A model generated the notes under the pieces. The model did not search any database, was not told the DNA's origin, and saw nothing but the letters and a program-made list of their open reading frames with translations. Positions 23,384 through 33,850 of a DNA stretch of 64,000 nucleotides are shown in pieces (position 1 is the stretch's first letter; every line of letters starts with the position of its first letter). The DNA is from Epithemia pelagica (Eukaryota > Protista > Bacillariophyta): the NCBI GenBank assembly GCA_946965045.2, contig OX337239.1, positions 1,798,001 to 1,862,000 of the forward strand, written 5' to 3'. The position numbers and the translations under genes are program-made.

Positions 23384-26077
23384 TTAGCTGACGCTGGGTG
23401 TCAGAATGGTCCGGGAAACGTAATCTTTGGCTGGACCTTTGACCGTATATTCCATTTGCACACGTTTAGCGGCCAAGCCGTCCAATTCAATTCGAAAGTT
23501 CGCATTGTACATATCCTTCACACACAAATGATTGGATTTCGCTTTCCATACCACAGGTTCATCACTCAAGAATGCTATGTCATCCGCTGAAGTATCCACA
23601 TTCGCCTCGTCTTGTTCGAACAATAGACTCAAAAACTGATGGGCTCGTTTTCCATCCTCGACAAAATACAGTTCCATTGCACCGGATGCTGGGTTTCTCA
23701 AATAATGATACTCTCGAAAAACTTCCATCTTCTTTCCAGTAGGCATTTCCATGAAACCGTCTTCTCGGTACAAGAGAAAATCCTTTTCCTCTGTCTTGCC
23801 ATCGGCGGAACTCTGAGATTCGGGTCGTCGCAAGGAAAATTCGACCGTTCCAGATACTGACTGGGAAGTGCCAACTTGCAGGCCAGTTCCGTCCTTTTCC
23901 CCCACTGGCGTTAAGGTGCGCTGAAAGGCCCATTTCCCAACTAATGCGGTCAAGAGTGTCGAGGTAATGTGATGGGGCTGTTGGCGGCACCTCAATTCAA
24001 GATTCTCTTCCATGTCAGAGAGAACGGCTTGTGCCAAGGACAAGTCTGGTTGATACATGACCGGTAGGACCATGTCTCCCATGGAACGGAAATGAGGTGC
24101 ATCGTCACCCAAGCCATGAAGACCATGGGCCATCGTTTTCCCGTGATGACTGCTCCACTTGTCGTCTAGTTGTCGCAATTTGGACACAAGGGAATCCAAG
24201 CGACCAACATAGTCACTGCGTGGAAATTGTGGTTGTGGCTGCTGCTCTCGAATTTGTTTCGACACGTTTAAAAGAGCAGCATCGTCTGCCATTTTATTCT
24301 CGTCTTTGTTGACAAGGTTGTCATCTCCTGACTGTGCCTCATCGTGTTTTTCTTTCTTCATGAGGTGTATTGCTAATTGAGAAGCCGCCAAGCGAGCTTG
24401 CAACTCCATTACAGCGAAATAGGGTCCCCGATACATGCCGACAAAGGCCAACCCAGGAAGATCGGGATGATACACATCGTGACACAAGAGAACTGGCATG
24501 AATTTGTTTTGTGGTTCGTATTCTAATCTCTTGAGAATGGCATCGCTATCCAGAAAGTTCAGGTTGGTGTAATATCCTGTTGCGGAAATAATGGTATCGA
24601 CTCCCGACAAAGTCCGTACCGTTTTGTTTCCACCATTGTTCTCCTCTGATGACTTGGTACTACTAATAAGCAAATCCCCATCTTCATTGCACCCAACCAA
24701 ATAACCGGGTTCCACTTGGATTCTCCCACTGCTCACTAATTCCAGAAAGCCATCGGAAATGCCCGCAAACACGGGTTGAGTTGGATCTTCCCAGGGTTGT
24801 CGTAGAAGCGACGACGATGATGACGCACTTTGAATGACACGTTGTTGCTTGATTTGTTGACTGCTCCCCAAAAGTGTTGCCAAGGTGAAATGCCGTTGAA
24901 TGTTGAGTTCTGGATCGTTCCCCAGATGTTGTTCCCCTTCATCCTTGAGACCATGTTGTGTTCGTTGATAAAACACAATATCGACTGGACTAAAGTTATT
25001 GCCCCGTTTGGTATCTGGTATAAAATGGGGAAAGATCCATGGTACACTGGGGAGGATACTAATCACTTGTGGTGGTGGAGACGAGGACAACGAAGGATCG
25101 TCTCGTGACGGTTGCGGCTTGGCTGTGGCAATGTCTACGGCAATCTCAAGTGCGCTAAAGGACGATCCGCAAATTGCCACTCGAGGTGGTCGTGTGTCAG
25201 TTGCCCTAATGGTGGTCGAATCACTCCCCTTGTTCCTAGCTTGAGGGCTACTTTGATACAGTTGGTCGACACTGTAATAGTGGGAAGAATGAAGGTGCTT
25301 GCCCTGAAATGCGGCCAATGTGTCCAATCCATTTTTGTTGGTGCCGCTACTAGTGGTCGGCCATGCCGCCTGTGAAAAAAAGCCAGATGCCACCACCACA
25401 CCATCAAACTGTTTCGAGTATCGATTGTCTTCCTGATGGAGCACGTCTTGGTAGTACGCTTGTAGTGGTGGTTCTTGTTGATTGGAAGGGTGTGGGGCGG
25501 TCGTCCATTCGACCGAGTAACACTGATGATTGTCCGTCGGAGCCACTTTAGTAATGTGACATCCCAAACGGAAGGTACAGTCTTTATTGGATTTCAAGTA
25601 ATGGTTGGAATAGTTTTGTAAATATTCATGAACTTGCTGTGCGGTAGGAAAGAAAAAGGAAAAGGCATCTTCCTGTTCTGTCATTGAAGAATCTTGGCCA
25701 AGTTTGATGCTGTCAATATGACTTTGAAACGAGGTCCAGGGATAGTCGGAAAAGGAACAGGAATATCGCGACAAGTTGGTACGCAGTGACTTCCAAGTGG
25801 TGGCGGGTCCATCAGAGGAAGAACGATATGGATGATTTGGCTGTTTGCCCCACATACCGCCAATATCCCAAGCCGCATCAAATACGGTCGGTCGCAATCC
25901 ACATCGCAACAAATGTCGGGCCGTCACCAACCCTGCCGCTCCTGCTCCAATCACACAAATTTCTCCTGCACTACCACTCTTGATGGCGGCCGCTGCTGCT
26001 GCGGCTCCACCGCTCGTGGCAGCTGCTGAAAGAGCAGCAGCTGCCGACATGGTAGTCGTAGTGGCCTTTGGAAGCAT
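23384..26077 (-). CDS. Flavin-containing monooxygenase with C-terminal DUF6314-like domain
   Basis: FAD motif VIGAGAAG, FMO signature FQGKHLHSSHYY, NADPH-site GSSFSALEIA and SATGY. The tail WAFQRTL..LLYREDG..HLCVKDMY..VKGPAKDY resembles DUF6314. Confidence 0.88.
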   Translation of the reverse strand: MLPKATTTTMSAAAALSAAATSGGAAAAAAAIKSGSAGEICVIGAGAAGLVTARHLLRCGLRPTVFDAAWDIGGMWGKQPNHPYRSSSDGPATTWKSLRTNLSRYSCSFSDYPWTSFQSHIDSIKLGQDSSMTEQEDAFSFFFPTAQQVHEYLQNYSNHYLKSNKDCTFRLGCHITKVAPTDNHQCYSVEWTTAPHPSNQQEPPLQAYYQDVLHQEDNRYSKQFDGVVVASGFFSQAAWPTTSSGTNKNGLDTLAAFQGKHLHSSHYYSVDQLYQSSPQARNKGSDSTTIRATDTRPPRVAICGSSFSALEIAVDIATAKPQPSRDDPSLSSSPPPQVISILPSVPWIFPHFIPDTKRGNNFSPVDIVFYQRTQHGLKDEGEQHLGNDPELNIQRHFTLATLLGSSQQIKQQRVIQSASSSSSLLRQPWEDPTQPVFAGISDGFLELVSSGRIQVEPGYLVGCNEDGDLLISSTKSSEENNGGNKTVRTLSGVDTIISATGYYTNLNFLDSDAILKRLEYEPQNKFMPVLLCHDVYHPDLPGLAFVGMYRGPYFAVMELQARLAASQLAIHLMKKEKHDEAQSGDDNLVNKDENKMADDAALLNVSKQIREQQPQPQFPRSDYVGRLDSLVSKLRQLDDKWSSHHGKTMAHGLHGLGDDAPHFRSMGDMVLPVMYQPDLSLAQAVLSDMEENLELRCRQQPHHITSTLLTALVGKWAFQRTLTPVGEKDGTGLQVGTSQSVSGTVEFSLRRPESQSSADGKTEEKDFLLYREDGFMEMPTGKKMEVFREYHYLRNPASGAMELYFVEDGKRAHQFLSLLFEQDEANVDTSADDIAFLSDEPVVWKAKSNHLCVKDMYNANFRIELDGLAAKRVQMEYTVKGPAKDYVSRTILTPSVS

Positions 26078-26428
26078 TTCGTTGTCTTGTTGTTTCCTCT
26101 TCTTTTATGCGATGCAATGAATTCTCGGTTAACGTGCCGCAACCTCCAAACTGTTACGTTCGGAAATCAAGTGACAGAGAGAGGAGATCAATGCTCTCTT
26201 GTTCCAATCCAAAAACGACAACAGGGTCGTCACTCTTCGTTCGAATGGTCTTGGATCTTTTCAAAAAAGAGGTCGCAGTCGCGCTTCTGCGACTAAAAGC
26301 GATCCCTTTCTAAGAAAAAACTCTACCTTGGTAGGTATAGAGTACCTCCCAAAGACAGCAACCACCGAGCTCTCTAGCCCAATCCGCCGTCCAGGATTAT
26401 CCCATGATGTTTCTAGGAGTATAGAAAC

Positions 26429-28750
26429 TCAAAGAAGGTTTTGTTTCAATGTTTGTTCGTATCGTTTCAAGCCAAAGGTGGACCACAGAACAGTATTGGC
26501 ACCCTCAAACGGCAAGGTGGCCCGTTGAATGGACGGATGTTTGGCTTGGAGGTACTCCACCAAATCCGGCAAGGTACAGACCAACTCGGACGATGCAGTA
26601 CCAACGGTTTTGCGTCGATGGGGAAACAGTCGAGAATAAACACAACAGGGGACAATGACAAAGGGAATTTCATGAGCCACGGCAAGATCCACAATTGCAT
26701 CCGTGGCTTCATCGGGATGCAAGGCCACCAAGGCCGATGCTTGTTGAAACAAGGGATCCTCCTCATTGCTAATAGGCAAGCTATCCTTATCATCCGGTGG
26801 AGATCGTTTCATTGAGTCTTCTTGTTGTCGTTGCTTCTGTAGCTTTGGTGGTTGTGGTGGTAGAGGGAGAGAACGTGTCTGCGTGGAGTTGAACTTTGTG
26901 GAAGAGGATGTCGCACGAGGTTCGGGTGGCAATCCTCCAAACCAGGCACGATAGGCATCATACGGTTGAACGGGTTGACAGTAGTAGTAGGACGGCAATT
27001 CCATCTCCTCGAATGCTGATGCCATTGTCGTGTTTGTCTGTGGATCCATGGCGTCCTCTGTCCTCGTCCTTTCGGTACCGGCCATGACACGGCCATCAAG
27101 CTTTGTATCTTGGATGTTCTTTGTCCTATTATCGACCGCAGTGTCGGAGGAAGTGTTCTCCATCGTGGTCGGTGAGGACTCTACTTGCGGTGGCGGTGCC
27201 TTGGGAGACGACAAGGACGGATACAGGAGAGTTTTCCAAAGAGTTTTTTGTTTTCGTTCAGTGGCTTTGACGTCCTCCCGTTGATTGCTGTTGCTATCCT
27301 CGTTTTCAGTAACATTGTCATCAAGACCATGGTTGAGTTGTACCTGACGCTGCTGCTGCGCACGTACAAAGAGTTTACGATCTCGTTTGGGCAATTTACC
27401 GACGTTCGATCGTGGATCCAACACAGTTGCTCGAATTCCCCGCAATGCCAACGCCATGGACAAATGTCCAGATCCACCGGCAACGTCCAAGACGCCACGA
27501 CCACTGTTCAACACTGTCTGAACTGCTGTAGGATTTGGCAAGGGATGACGGGCCCAATCATCATACTTCTCATGTTGTTCTCGCTGTTCTTTTTTATGTA
27601 GAGTCTGCATGTTTTGGGGCAAATGACTTTGCACATTGTCACATGAATCGCTTCCAGTTTGGTCCATGTCCTGGCTTTCGGAAACGGCATGCATGAGGAA
27701 ATTCGCCACGTAACTCGCTTGTGTCCGTTTGGCCAAGCTTGTATTGTGACTGGCGCATTTGTGGGGATGGTACCGCGCAGCTCCATGGGGTAAGTAATCC
27801 TCATCTTCCTCCTCTCCCAACCACGGCAATTGTTCTTGTTCCTGTCGTCGATGCTGCATCTTTTCTTCGACACCCACCGATAGCCTGGCAGCTCGAATAT
27901 CACCAACGGGTGGGGCAGGAGGGACATATTTGGCCTGGCACCACTGGATTTTTGTTGTGTTCCAATAGCGTGGTTGCAACACTTGAATCTGATCTTGTGC
28001 TTCTTGAAGCGAATTGACAGTCAAGACGTATCGGCGACGCGGTCCGTCCTCCAGCACCTCGTTTTCCTGCGTACACGTTTGGTCTCTTGACAGAAGACTA
28101 CGCGAATTATCATTGCCTGTATTCGTCCATTCTCCACCTGTGACATGAATCAAATCACCAGTTTTGCAAACGCGTCGAACATGCGATCGAAGAAAGGGTA
28201 CCAAGCCGCTCGTATTGCTGCTGGCTCAAGACGGATCAGTGACGTTTTGTGGAAGAGGTCTCGGAGGCGGTGGTGGTCCAAACTGTATCCTTACCCTCAA
28301 AATATCAACCTCAGCGCCAGTTTCGTCTTCCTCGTCACCATCATGAGGGTCTTGTTGTTTCGGGAGTTTGATGGAATCTCCGCTAGCTGCATAAAACAAA
28401 GGATTAGTATTGTTCACGTCCTTTTCTTCTGATCCATGGGCATCCAACAGACTGTTGTTTGTTGTGGTACTATGGTCGTCATCCAGCACCACGGGGTACA
28501 GCGACAAAGAAGCAAATCCGGACCGTACCGACCGGGCGTAAAGGACACCACAAACCCCTGTGCCTGTGCTCAGAAGGTTCTCGTTCCGTTGCTTTTGGAG
28601 GTGGAGCTGACCGTTATTCGTTGCCTTCCACGAGCTTTCCCTTGTATTAACGATGTCATCTTCTTCGTCTTCCATCACGGTTTCCAGATGTAGTGGACCC
28701 ATCTCAATCTCATGCTGGTCCCTCCACGCTCCACGCTCTGCGCAGAACAT
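26429..28750 (-). CDS. OB-fold-like plus SAM-dependent methyltransferase-like protein, interrupted by in-frame TGA at 28226-28228
   Basis: Motif I VLDVAGGSGHLSMAL and ALHPDEATDAIVDLA..VIVPCCVY. The 174-aa and 591-aa ORFs are in the same frame, separated by one TGA. Confidence 0.7.
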
Positions 28751-29867
28751 GTCGCTCTATGTGTGGATGCGCGATGGGGCCGTGGGACGGCTCTTCCGAG
28801 TGACGGGCCAGGTACAGAGCCAGCGACCCATCAGCGCAAGTGATCTAGTCTAAAAACGCTATGGTTGTTCTATGCCCTCCACGACCGTGCTTTGTTGGGT
28901 TGGGAGGACCACTTACAGGGTCCGGAAAAATGGTCGTCTGTGTGTGGCCCCCGTCACCGGAGGGCTGTTCCCCCGCGTCGAAATGGCGCCAGGGCAGTCG
29001 GTCGAGTATGTCCTGCGGGACTGCCACGGCAGCTGAAATAGACTATCACTTTTGGTTGTTCTATGCCCTCCTACTCCTACGGCCAAGGCTGTGGCTCTTA
29101 TGGAGACATGCATTAGCCGACTTGCGAGATACCTTTGCATGTTGCCGCCAATCACCAATCCATTATCCGTTACTCCTACTCATAGATCCAGATTCCAGAT
29201 CCATTGCCCAGCAGGACGCCAATCGCAAGGTTATGGGCATCAAAGTCTTCTGCGTCCTTCTGCTACCTTACCTTTTCCTCATCACAAGAACAAGACATCT
29301 TACACTGACCATAACCAATGCTTGCATCCAATCCACCCCACAAAATTTCCTATGTCTTTCCGATGCGACGGTTCCGGGTTGTCGGTTGTCTGTTGTCTGT
29401 CTTGGTCACGGAGAGAATGGAGATGGAGTTTCAAAAAAAGTTTGAGAGCCTATGATTGTTACGTTGCAAATGGTTAAATGAGATTGTATGTGGCACGAGT
29501 CCGCTTAAATATTTTGGATCATATCATCTATGCCCATCCAAAATAGGACATCGGCTATAGTAAATTTTATTAAAAATTTTCATGCTTTTTTGTTTACGTA
29601 AAGAGTTTTTGTTGAAGACGCCTTATTTTGGTTGGGTTAACACATGGCGCGCATGCTGAGCACATGGAAAGTACAGCATATTTTAGAGTGATATTGTTGA
29701 TCAATCACTTTTTTGTTACAGCAAAGGCCCAGTCGTTGGGAATTTTCTTCTAGTCAACAACCTTTATCTCTGTTTCCCTTTTGATGAGGCTTCAAAGAAC
29801 AAGGCAACGGCAACTGATCAAAAATTCATTATTTCAATTGGTTCTGGGGAAGTCTGATTGATCGAGA

Positions 29868-32800
29868 ATGCGAATGAAACAGAAAGATCCGATGGATAAA
29901 TCTCTGCTGCTGCGACAGCGACAAGCTTCCGGACAATATCATGTTCCGACAACGAAACAAGTCTCTCCCGGTTTCGTTCATGACACGCAAACCCGCCGCC
30001 GCCATCAACAACATCTCATCCTGACGGACGAGACGATGCAACATCGACGTCGTTGGATTGGAAAGCTCCTTTCGACATCGCGACGTCCTTCGCAAGAGAC
30101 TTCAAGCCCTAGCACAGCACCCATCATTGATATAACTGTAACAACCAATCGCAATGAATTCCAACCGACCTTTGAGACGGAAAACTTCCTGGAAACGATA
30201 ACAGTACCAAGAAACACACCCGTTAGTAATCGAATGGCAGAAAATATGCATGATGATCGAGACCAACTGAAAGATTTGATGGAACTAGTTGGATCTGCAT
30301 GTGATACAACTCCCAAAAGAAGCAGTGCGAGTGAAACATCTACAGTATCTTCATCGGTGACCCATGACACGAATGAAAGTGACGAGGAACCACCTTCGCT
30401 GAGTCGTCGCCGCATGAGTGGGAGCAGCCGACAGACTCCTGTTCTGGGAGACTCACAGTTTACTTCTTCTCGCCGTTCATCGGTGCGTTCCCCACCACCT
30501 CTCACGAGAAAAGTTAAAAGTGGCGATTCGTTCCCAGTGAACTCGTCGCATATGTTATCAATGGGGAGGCTTCGAAATGGTGAACCCTTCCGAGTGAGTC
30601 CATCCCATATGGGTTCTGTGGTGAGAGGAGAAGGTTCCATGGGATCTCCCATCCAGAGAAAACTGGTTGGACGCAAGTCGGTTGGGAGATCCACATCTCC
30701 TTTTGCCCCAGACTCGCCAACTTCAGCAAGTCTTCGAAGCCTCAAGAGTCTCCGCGATTCGCCTGCAACGGTGGCAGCGATTGAGTATTCGAGTCGTCGA
30801 AAAATAAGATCTCCACTCATGTGGACGCGAAAAGAGAAAGAGGCAACAGTAGATTACAGTCGGTCGCCTGTCATTGTGGCGAGATCTTCTGGGAACTCTG
30901 CGGAGATTGAAACACCGCTTCGTACTGAGCGAGAAGGCACAGAGTCGTCTCAACGAATGAATTCGTTTCGTCGAGTTCTCGGTCGCAGCATAAGTCCATC
31001 TCGTGCAAGCACGTACAAGAGAAACAACAGACGAGTAAGATCCAACGTACAACGTCAGGCCGCCTCTCTGTCACCACGCAATCGATCAAGAAAGAAGCAA
31101 ATGCTCAATGAACGAATCACAACGACGTATCAGAATGGAAGATCTGTCGTCGAAGAAGAACAGGAAGAAACGCGAACACACGTCTCTCGAAGTAGCAGTC
31201 ACAGGACACATAGATCCAGTCGCAGTCACAGCACGGATTCTGTTCAAAGGTCCAGCCGCAGCCAGAGCAGAGATTCTGCTCATAGATCCAGTCGAAGCCA
31301 AAGCAGAGATTCTGCTCGTAGATCCAGTCGAAGCCAAAGCAAGGATCCTGGTCGGAGGTCCAGTCGTAGCCACAGCAAGGATTCTACTCGGAGGTCCACC
31401 CGCAGTCACAGCAGGGATTCTACTCGGAGGTCCACCCGCAGTCCGACCAAGGAATCTGGAGACAAACATCGTTGTCTCTCGAAACCACGAAAGGCCAAGG
31501 ATGAAAAAGTTTATTTTTACGAAGACAGCTCCGAGAGCGACACTTCTTCACTCGATGACTTCTATGAGTCTCCGTACGAGAGAATGGATCGGTATCGTGA
31601 TGAAAGTTCGGAAGATGACTGTTCGGTGGCCTCACGAGGCTCTACTGAATCGTTGACAGATATTCTCCGGTCCTTCTCGGACGTATATTCCTTCGGGGAT
31701 CCTGACTTTGTCGATAAGCCGAAGGGACGTGACCAGACGCCGTCGAGTCCCTACGTCAATAATCCCTGTCAAGGCCTCTCGTGGCTACCTAGGTACATGA
31801 ATCCCGTTACACCATGCCAGGAAACAAGCTGGCTTAACTATCTTTTTAGCGGAGGGAAAAGTGCACCCGAGAAGAAGAAGAGCACAAATGATGAACACAA
31901 TCAAAGTGAAGTTGAGGAAACAAGAACACCGCAAGTGGACGTCAAAGTGACAAGCGCCAGTGAACGAGACAGTAGTATCAAAACCAATGAAGGTCAAACT
32001 TCTCCGAAAAAGCAAGATTACAAGAGAACGGTCAGTGAAAATAATGACGACAAAAGCGTCGCTACAACCAAAACTAGTGTCAAGAAATTCTGGAATGTGA
32101 AGAAAAAGCAGGATGACACAAAAAAGCTCAAGGAGACAAAACCTCAAAACCAAAGAACGAAGCAAGATGCTGCAGAGAAAAAGAGGAATAGCCTTACTGA
32201 CGACAAAAGCGTAAATTCAAAGAAGAATAAGAAGGGAGAGAACAAAGTCGATATCACGGACAAAATACCTGTGAAAAAGGATGCCGTTGACGAAGACACG
32301 AATTCCGTCAAAGACGACTCTGGTCGACCAAGTTCTCCAGGCAGATATTTAAAATCACAGAAGGAGGACATGATCGACGACAATGTAGTCATGGAAACAA
32401 GGGAATCCCGTACAGGAGGAAGGCCCTGCTCACCAGTTCCTCGGCTCACTTCTGCTACAGCAGCTCCTTTTGCCACCTGTCCTTCCGACTTTGGTCATGC
32501 CATGATGGACAGGTTTAACGATGGTTGTGGTCAAAGTGCCTTAATAAATCCGAATGAACTTCCCGTTCCTCATTGCACTTACGAAACCACAATGCCTGGT
32601 ACCGGTGGTCCCTCAGGCTGTGGCAATGAAATGATGGACACACTGAAGCAGGGTTGTGGGGAGCCAACTTTGATGGATTCTAAATCCACGCATGAAACGG
32701 CGGTTCCTGGTGTTACTAGTCCGCCCGGTTGTGGACATGAACAAATCATGGATACTTTCAACCAAGGATGTGGGGAGACATCCTTTATGAATTCAAACGT

Positions 32801-33296
32801 GCCTCATTGCACGCACGAAGCACCTGTTCCTGGTTTCACCGATCCGTCCCCTTTTGGTAATGACATAATCGACAGGTTCAAAGAGGGGTGTGGAGATGCC
32901 TATGTGGATTCGAGTACGTTGCCGGTTTCTCGCCGGACGTATGCTCAAAGAATTCCTTGGACCACCGATTCCCATGACGAGGGTCATGAGATGATATGGG
33001 AACAGGGTGGAGGCGATGAGTCATCCTTGATAAATTCAATTGAATTACCAGGTACTCAAGGGTCATCCACCACTTTGGATCCTCGCGTTAGCGATTCCGC
33101 CGACTCTGGTCATGAAATGATTTTTGACCAGGGTGGCAGGGAGGAAAGTGCCTTGATGGATTCTAATGAAGCACCGGCTACTAAGCTTTCGTCCTCCACC
33201 ACTGCTCCTGGTAGCAACGATGCCCTTGGACATGAAATGGTATGGAAACAGGATAGCAGGAGGGAATCAATTGTGGATTCACCCACGCTCCCATGA
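29868..33296 (+). CDS. Large low-complexity protein with RS-type 12-aa repeats and C-terminal GHEM repeats
   Basis: 1142-aa uninterrupted ORF containing two distinct internal repeat arrays. Confidence 0.8.
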   Translation: MRMKQKDPMDKSLLLRQRQASGQYHVPTTKQVSPGFVHDTQTRRRHQQHLILTDETMQHRRRWIGKLLSTSRRPSQETSSPSTAPIIDITVTTNRNEFQPTFETENFLETITVPRNTPVSNRMAENMHDDRDQLKDLMELVGSACDTTPKRSSASETSTVSSSVTHDTNESDEEPPSLSRRRMSGSSRQTPVLGDSQFTSSRRSSVRSPPPLTRKVKSGDSFPVNSSHMLSMGRLRNGEPFRVSPSHMGSVVRGEGSMGSPIQRKLVGRKSVGRSTSPFAPDSPTSASLRSLKSLRDSPATVAAIEYSSRRKIRSPLMWTRKEKEATVDYSRSPVIVARSSGNSAEIETPLRTEREGTESSQRMNSFRRVLGRSISPSRASTYKRNNRRVRSNVQRQAASLSPRNRSRKKQMLNERITTTYQNGRSVVEEEQEETRTHVSRSSSHRTHRSSRSHSTDSVQRSSRSQSRDSAHRSSRSQSRDSARRSSRSQSKDPGRRSSRSHSKDSTRRSTRSHSRDSTRRSTRSPTKESGDKHRCLSKPRKAKDEKVYFYEDSSESDTSSLDDFYESPYERMDRYRDESSEDDCSVASRGSTESLTDILRSFSDVYSFGDPDFVDKPKGRDQTPSSPYVNNPCQGLSWLPRYMNPVTPCQETSWLNYLFSGGKSAPEKKKSTNDEHNQSEVEETRTPQVDVKVTSASERDSSIKTNEGQTSPKKQDYKRTVSENNDDKSVATTKTSVKKFWNVKKKQDDTKKLKETKPQNQRTKQDAAEKKRNSLTDDKSVNSKKNKKGENKVDITDKIPVKKDAVDEDTNSVKDDSGRPSSPGRYLKSQKEDMIDDNVVMETRESRTGGRPCSPVPRLTSATAAPFATCPSDFGHAMMDRFNDGCGQSALINPNELPVPHCTYETTMPGTGGPSGCGNEMMDTLKQGCGEPTLMDSKSTHETAVPGVTSPPGCGHEQIMDTFNQGCGETSFMNSNVPHCTHEAPVPGFTDPSPFGNDIIDRFKEGCGDAYVDSSTLPVSRRTYAQRIPWTTDSHDEGHEMIWEQGGGDESSLINSIELPGTQGSSTTLDPRVSDSADSGHEMIFDQGGREESALMDSNEAPATKLSSSTTAPGSNDALGHEMVWKQDSRRESIVDSPTLP
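31212..31463 (+). repeat. Coding tandem repeat, 7 x 36 bp (RSSRSQSRDSAR-like)
   Basis: Units such as AGATCCAGTCGAAGCCAAAGCAGAGATTCTGCTCGT are visible at the DNA level. Confidence 0.9.
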
Positions 33297-33850
33297 GCGG
33301 ATCATTCAAAAAATGCCTGTAGAATGTTCTTGCATAAATGAAAAGGAAAAACATAATAACGATAATTATACGTTTTCTGCATACGAAAGCAGAACCTTGG
33401 AAACAACGCTAAAGAAAGACCGGGGTTGACCAGGTCAGGCTTTCTCTTCCTCTTTTTCGGTTTCCGTCCTTTCCTGTCCGTGCCTCTCCCCCTTTTGGCA
33501 ACATGGTATATGGTATGGGACCATCGGAACTGTTTACAAACTGCTCCTACTCCTACTCCTAGACCTTTGGCTACAGGCTATGGCTATTCGCAAAGCTATG
33601 TGATCCGTGCATTTTCCTTACGAGGCGTCAGGTCGTCGTCCGTCGTGGCTTTTCCTTCGGTCGCGGTAACGGAGTCTGGTCGTCAGCCGTCCATAAGCTT
33701 CGGCGCATAATACCACCACCGTACCGTAAATCACTTCGAATTGACGATGAACAACACCGTCGAGACGAGATCGATAGCAAAAGCACCGTGATTGACGGGC
33801 GGACAAATACAAGAAAGCAGAGATTCTATTAAAGATAAGAGATATTCAGT

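Noticed and set aside
26078-26428. SECIS element supporting Sec at TGA 28226-28228
   Set aside because: No convincing RTGA-AA-GA kink-turn hairpin is visible, and the interval is mostly the FMO promoter.
15887-28750. Transporter, sulfotransferase, FMO and methyltransferase as a biosynthetic gene cluster
   Set aside because: Orientations are mixed, unrelated genes are interspersed, and there is no scaffold-forming enzyme. Only co-expression data could rescue the idea.
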